DNA of 63,655 nt, counting the filler, from Craspedostauros australis (lineage: Eukaryota): the NCBI GenBank assembly GCA_030167865.1. It is 12 parts of 12 records of this genome, joined end to end, with 100 filler letters (N's around TTAATTAATTAA, not from the genome) between each part and the next. Parts side by side here need not be neighbours in the genome. Positions count along the whole stretch, not along the records: positions 55,276 to 60,546 come from JALAGF010004132.1; positions 60,647 to 63,655 come from JALAGF010004133.1; 10 more parts are not named here. One strand, written 5' to 3'. Shown piece after piece: positions 58,079 through 63,655 of this stretch. The notes below the pieces were generated by a model that did no database searches, had not been told where the DNA came from, and worked only from the letters and a program-made list of their open reading frames with translations. Position 1 is the stretch's first letter. Every line of letters begins with the position of its first letter. A program made the translations under genes and the position numbers.

Positions 58079-59961
58079 CTCTCTCTCTTTCTGTCTAGTG
58101 TCTTTTGGCTTGGGTGGAGGCCAAATTTTTTGGTAACCATTGGTAACAATTGGTAACTAGTCGTATGAGTCAATTTTGACGTAGACGCTGGTACATTTTG
58201 TACGTCAGTCCCACACGAAGCGGCCCCAAAACCACCATTTTTGCCACAAACCTCCTCGGCAAGTCCATGCCGCTCCGTTTGTTTGAGCTCCCCTTTCGTG
58301 AGCACTCTCATGTGTGGCATTTCATCACCCCTCCAACTTTAGTGGTGATTGGATGGGCAGTTGTCGAGATCTGTTTGTTTCTTTGGAGCATGCACTCGTT
58401 GTTCCCATTCACGAATGCCAATCACCACGATGTATCGTGGCGAATTTTTGTGTGCCCCAACACATGTTAACACGCGATGGAAATGATCACACAACATTGT
58501 GGTGCCAACCAATGTGTTATTCACATGCTATGATCAGTTCCTTATATCCTGATATCATCCATTGTGGCTTCGTTCATCGTATTGCATTGTAGTTGATGAT
58601 ATAGTTGATTAGTTCTGCAATAGCGTTTCAGTTCTACTCCAGAATACTGTACACCAGCAACAGTCTCGGCGACAGCAACTTGGATGTATGTGTATTGTTG
58701 CATCCATCCTGCTTGGGAGAGCAATGATCCCTTGGTTAGCAGCAGCACACAATAGCAGTCCAGAATAGAGCAGAGTCGACTGCTTCACACTGAGGAGTTC
58801 AACCTCGCCATGCTCTGACCGCTCTTATTTGGATCTTCCGCATCGCTGAGCATGCGCAACTGCGCCGCGCAGAATTTCCACGCCATGTGCGTGCATTTTA
58901 GCATGTGTCACGTGCACAATGTAGAGGCCATTGTTTGATGGCCATAGCTGCGCTGGAGATCAGTATAGAACATCAGGCTACCTGCACAGGACGGTTCGAA
59001 CGCGGTTTGATAGAGCACGAACAGCGACTGCGTCAACGACCCCGCCCATCGCATGAGCGTGAAATCAATGGCTAGTCTTCGCGAGAGTGTAGCAACCGGT
59101 GTCAATGAATACAGTTTTGGCACCTGATCAGGAAGCGTTGTTTCCTCGCGAGGATAGTACGCGATAAAGCGACGAAAAACTTGCAATTGATATATCTTTG
59201 GAGGAAGTGAGGTTCGAAGACCAAGACTACATGGTCAGGTGCAAGAGAGGATTTTGCGTCGATTGAAAGAAACGGCACGATGATCTGATCTCAGGGCGAT
59301 GCGCAACCTCGCATGAAGTAGCCAGACTTAGGTGAGGAGCACAGTCCGACTCAACAACACGTAAAAACGCACGATAATTTTTGGCGCGAGCTTTTGTGCG
59401 TTCACGGATTGATGATCATGGCTGTCACGAGCATTAGTGACTAACTTCAAACACCCAAAGCATCACACAAAAGCATTCTGGGACACTGACCAGCACACCA
59501 ATCGAAGCAGAATGAAGTGACGAATACAGCCATGCCATTCACTTGAGCAATAGACGAAGCAGAATTGGATGCGGGTCTTTGGGAGGCCGTCGGCCGAGGT
59601 TGGACGATAAAGCAACAATGTTCTGTGCCAGAATGCCGTAGACTCTACGCGGTTACCAATGGTTACCAACGAAAAAATTCCGAAATCATGTCCGTACGTC
59701 GTCCGTATAAAAAAGGCCGAAAAGGGCAAAAAGAGGCATCGAGATGAACGGAAAGCGGAGACCATTTGCCTACAATGAACACATCAACAGAGAGCTCTCA
59801 CTCTCCTCTTCCTAATAATGTAAAGATGTCAGGCAACGGGCATCAACTCATCAAATGGCAGCTTGTGCCGTCGGCGATATGCCAATGGTTACCAATAATT
59901 ACCAAAAAGTGCCAAAAAACCGGAAATTAGCCAATAGCCACTAGAGAGAAAGAGCAGAGAG
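58079..59961. mobile_element. Probable decayed non-autonomous TIR element (~1.9 kb)
   Basis: Imperfect terminal inverted repeats (CTCTCTCTCTTTCTGTCTAGTGTCTTTTGGCT versus reverse complement CTCTCTGCTCTTTCTCTCTAGTGGCTATTGGCT). Tandem TGGTAAC motifs at 58131-58157 and inverted GGTTACCA at 59651-59668 and ~59887-59904. No clear TSD. Confidence 0.55.
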
Positions 59962-60646
59962 TCTGATGGTTCTGGAGGGATTCAAACAAGACTGATCATA
60001 TATTAACGGACACTATCGAATATATTCTGCCCGATACACTCGGACAAGACTGAAGGACATATACGGACACAAGACAGATTGATGCACGAACGCCGAGATC
60101 TGTCCCAGCCTCTGTATTTTTTCTGGAAGCGGTGATGCGCGATCTCATCGAGAAGCGCCAAGATGTCGATCGTTCTTCGCAAAAACTTTGTTCGGGAGAA
60201 TTAGTTCGGCTCAGTCCCTGGAATGAGGTGAGAAAAGAATGCACGTTTCAATGGTCGCTTTGCTGGAGGGAGTCGCTGAGCAGTGTTGCACAGAGAGAGT
60301 ATGTCGTAGGCATAAGTAACTTTAGTCGCAGCGGTCGTCCAAACACACGACGAGAAGTTCGTGGCCAACGATACAGACGAGCAGACGCGGCAACGACAAT
60401 CTGTCGGGCGCGGATTGTGCTGTGCAAACAAGGATGATGACACCTGAACTCTCACGAAAAGCTCTCACTTGCGCACAGGTTTTCAGCGATGTGATGATCG
60501 CAGTTGATGTGGCAGCAACCACAACAAGGAAAGGCGTTCATGATTTNNNNNNNNNNNNNNNNNNNNNNNNNNNNNNNNNNNNNNNNNNNNTTAATTAATT
60601 AANNNNNNNNNNNNNNNNNNNNNNNNNNNNNNNNNNNNNNNNNNNN

Positions 60647-61884
60647 GTCGATCGCCGAGGGGGCGTCACAACATCATCGTTGAGGTCCCAATGTGTTCGT
60701 TGGCGATACGGATCATCTTCTACCCATGCTCGCAGCAATGAGTACGTGCTGGCGTCTCTCTGCAGATTGTTCATGTTGACCCGACGATTCATAATGTAGA
60801 TCACGCCTGTGGCATCATCCGTTATGCTGGGTGCGATTTCCTCCGCCGTGATTGATCTGATGTTTCGCGATTTCTTCTTGACGCATTGATAGTCAGGACG
60901 GTGGTTGGCCATCAGTCTCTGCTGCTGCTGTTGCTTCTGTCGTCGTTGATGTTTTAGCTGCTGCTCTTGTAGCTGTTGTCGTCGTTGTTGTCGTCGTTGT
61001 TGCTGTTGTTGCTGCTGAATGTACGCGCGCTGTTGTTCGTAGGTGGTGCGTTTTTTAGTGTTTGTTCTGACGTTCATGTTTATGGGCGCATTCGTGCTTG
61101 TGCTCTGATTCAGTGGATGAGAGCCCTGCGCATGCGATTGGTTGAGCATGTCCATCTTCAGCTCTTGTTCTGTGTTGTCGTACTCCAGATCGTCTGTGAG
61201 ATCGATCACGTCCTGGTTGTCTGACTTGTCTTGCATTTGTGAGTCAGGTTCCTGCGAAAATGAACTCCGGGCTCGCGTACTTTTCGAGGCCTTCGGCAAG
61301 GGTACCTGCAGATCTGGGAGTGTTTCTGTTGAAAGGAGAGAGGCCTCAGCAACAGTCCGTTTGTGCTTTCTTCGCACGAGACGCCGTTTTGGAGAGCAAC
61401 CAGCCGCCAACGACTGCAGTGGATCTCTCGCGATTCTCTCCGAAGTGGCCAGGCGTTCGTTGGGAAAGTGGTGATGCTTCCCTGGTGCAAGCTGCGGATT
61501 CGATGCCAACGTTGCACGGGGCGGTGAATGCACAGCCGGTCTGCTCCTGGATTTTGGCAACTTGCGGCGATTGGTGGTGTTGGTGTTACTTGTGTCGTTG
61601 GTGGTGGTGGTGGCGGTAGTGGCAGTATCGGAGACCACCTTGCGCTTGCTGCGTTGATCGCGGATCTCTGCAACCAGATCAATCCGAAGGAGATGTCGTT
61701 GCAACGCCTGAGAGGCTTCCACGGTGATGCTGACTGTGCGACCCAAAGTCGTTGCGCTGTTGAGAAATCCATCATCTTTCAGAGAAGGAGTACCAGCAGC
61801 ACCTGTGGAGGCTGCGGCCGCGCCACCATGGCGAGGACCTGGCACTTGCGACCTTTTCTCCCCTCTGCTCCCGCTTTTTATCAT
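60647..61884 (-). CDS. Redundant, 3'-truncated copy of the LIN37-like gene
   Basis: Translation matches 56334.. up to VVTPPRRS at the contig edge. Confidence 0.6.
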
Positions 61885-62687
61885 GTTGCTTCGTTCGGGT
61901 TGCTCCTCTGGCGTACGTGTGTGTACTGTCTGACTTGTAACTGTGTTGCAGGATGGCCACAAAGTCACAGTGGCTTCACTTCAAGTTGGTCAACTCGTCT
62001 TGTTGCTGGTTAGGGTCGCCAAATCGTCGCTCGCTCTCTCTCTTTCTCTCTTCCTTGGTACTTTGCGTCTGTGTCTCTCTTTGTGAGTTGATGCCTCTCC
62101 GGCGTTGGCGCCAAGGCGACCGAATCCTGTTTTGTTCTTGTTGTCACAGGCAGTCGCTCATGTGGCGAGAACAACAGGCAAAACTGCTCGCGACAAACAG
62201 ACGCTCCCAGAGTTCGCTTGATTGATTGGAGAATTCTGTGATCGAAGCTAGAGAGACAGGATGACACGAGCCATGTGCCATAGATTGCGCCTCTGTTCCT
62301 CTTCCAGCTTGGCTGCTCTACAGTTCAGTTTATCAATACGTTGTGTTGGTAAAGAGGATTGCTTTGCTCCACTGTCTCTGCAAGGTCACGTGGAAGTCCT
62401 GCATCACTGGACGATGAAGCTCGTTGTCTACAGGAACGGCAGAAGCGCCATGCCTTCGATGATAGGAATACTACAATATGTACGAGCTGCTAATACGAAG
62501 AGCATCTTGTTACTTTTCCGAAATCGTCCAATGCAAGACCAGACAAAAGCGATGAGGAGGAGGATGTTGGAGAGGTTGCAAAGCAACAGACAGCAAGCTT
62601 CTGAATGTAGAAAGAAAATGAGAGATTTCATGATAGGTAAATGAACTCTGGAGCATTTTGAATTGTCACCAAGCAACAACAGCTCGT

Positions 62688-62760
62688 GGGCGTTTGGCGC
62701 AGTTGGCAGCGCGTATGCTTAGCATGCATAAGGTCGCCGGTTCGATTCCGGCAATGTCCA
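62688..62760 (+). tRNA. tRNA-Ala(AGC), redundant copy
   Basis: Same 73-nt cloverleaf as 55458..55530. Confidence 0.96.
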
Positions 62761-62761
62761 C

Positions 62762-62766
62762 TTTTT
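62762..62766 (+). terminator. RNA polymerase III terminator (T5)
   Basis: TTTTT one base after the tRNA discriminator. Confidence 0.75.
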
Positions 62767-63655
62767 GTTGAATTACACAACTCCAGGCACAATCTCTGCT
62801 TCACTTTTGCTCGATGGTGGAGTGAGCGAAGCCATCATCTTCGTACTAATACTATCTATCTTATCATGCTATGCATTCGAAGGGTAGGTTGCCTGTTCCT
62901 TTTGGCACGTCTTTACCAAGCCTTTCGATTGCCGCATCACATCGCTTTCTCATTTGTTCGGTCCCGACTCCAGCTTTTCCTCAATCATCGCCACTCTCTC
63001 CGATTACTCAACACGCTCTTCAATCTCTTGCTGTGCTGTGTGTCTCATCTTTGTCCTGAGATGTGCTGCAATACGGTATCCGGGGCAGGAGAGAGAGAGA
63101 GAGAGGGTGGGTTAGCGATGCTCCTGATATCTGTACGAGCACATCCAATACGCCGTGGGGCAGCCTACTATATCTGCGCGTACTGCACTCGACACGGATG
63201 TACCGCCTCTGAGATAGACTATCAGTACACGACGCCAAGAGTATACCGTACACTTCGTGTTGGCTAAAGTTCTTCAGGATGACGGCAACAGGCAACACGA
63301 GGACAGAGAGAGAGAGTACTGGTTGGCGCGAGTCTGTGTACGGCACCGTACCAGTCAACCACCGGTCCATGGCAGATTGGTGACGTGTCAGTCACACCAA
63401 CGAATCACGACACAGCATGAAGCATTGATGTTGGGGAAAAGACTGCACGCAACTCCTCGCATGTTGGTCACAACCAAACCAGCGTGGTCTTGGGAATCCA
63501 ATACCGAGCATGCATACGCACTCGTGCACACACCACTTGCTTGGCCAACATCACAGTCGTGAGTTACCACATCAACCCTATGGGCAATTGAGGGGATGGA
63601 TGTGATGGGAGAGAAGTCGGGCCTGTTGAACTGCGATGCCTCCGGAATGCTCACA

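Larger units (their letters stand above)
60647..62942 (-). repeat. Reverse-complement copy of 55276..57571 (contig overlap)
   Basis: Matching coordinates sum to 118218 at both ends and at the tRNA, i.e. 2296 bp with no net indel. Each contig extends past the other's end. Confidence 0.95.

Noticed and set aside
55276..62942. Large inverted duplication with two tRNA-Ala and two LIN37-like genes
   Set aside because: The copies lie on separate contigs and form a dovetail overlap, so assembly redundancy is the simplest explanation.
1..63655. Fanzor/TnpB or other RNA-guided nuclease within the TIR elements
   Set aside because: I saw no RuvC-like motif set with zinc finger in any ORF; a profile search on element consensus sequences would be needed to exclude decayed remnants.

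Overview
Eukaryotic, most likely diatom (stramenopile) DNA. It is not one locus: 12 contigs are joined by artificial 100-nt linkers (44 N + TTAATTAATTAA + 44 N), so adjacency across linkers means nothing. Recognisable genes: METH (3'-truncated), a PDZ-less HtrA protease, UTP13/TBL3, a 3-exon ABCC/MRP transporter, two copies of a GT61 glycosyltransferase fragment, two COG3899/AAA_16-type STAND-like ATPases, three ankyrin-repeat genes, two divergent secreted Lys-rich RxL proteins, a LIN37-like protein and tRNA-Ala(AGC). The last two appear twice because two contigs overlap. Mobile DNA: a large APE-RT-RNaseH non-LTR retrotransposon (Ambal-like) whose first catalytic RT Asp reads Asn, and an ATAT-targeting TIR family seen twice. 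One copy is a complete 2.1-kb non-autonomous element that splits an ankyrin gene; the other is a related left end carrying a spliced, divergent piggyBac/IS4-like transposase, inserted in an SRR1-like pseudogene. The best candidates for something undescribed are that transposon family and an ANK-coiled-coil-BTB protein with DARPin-like hypervariable repeats. All family calls come from motif recognition by eye; no database searches were run.
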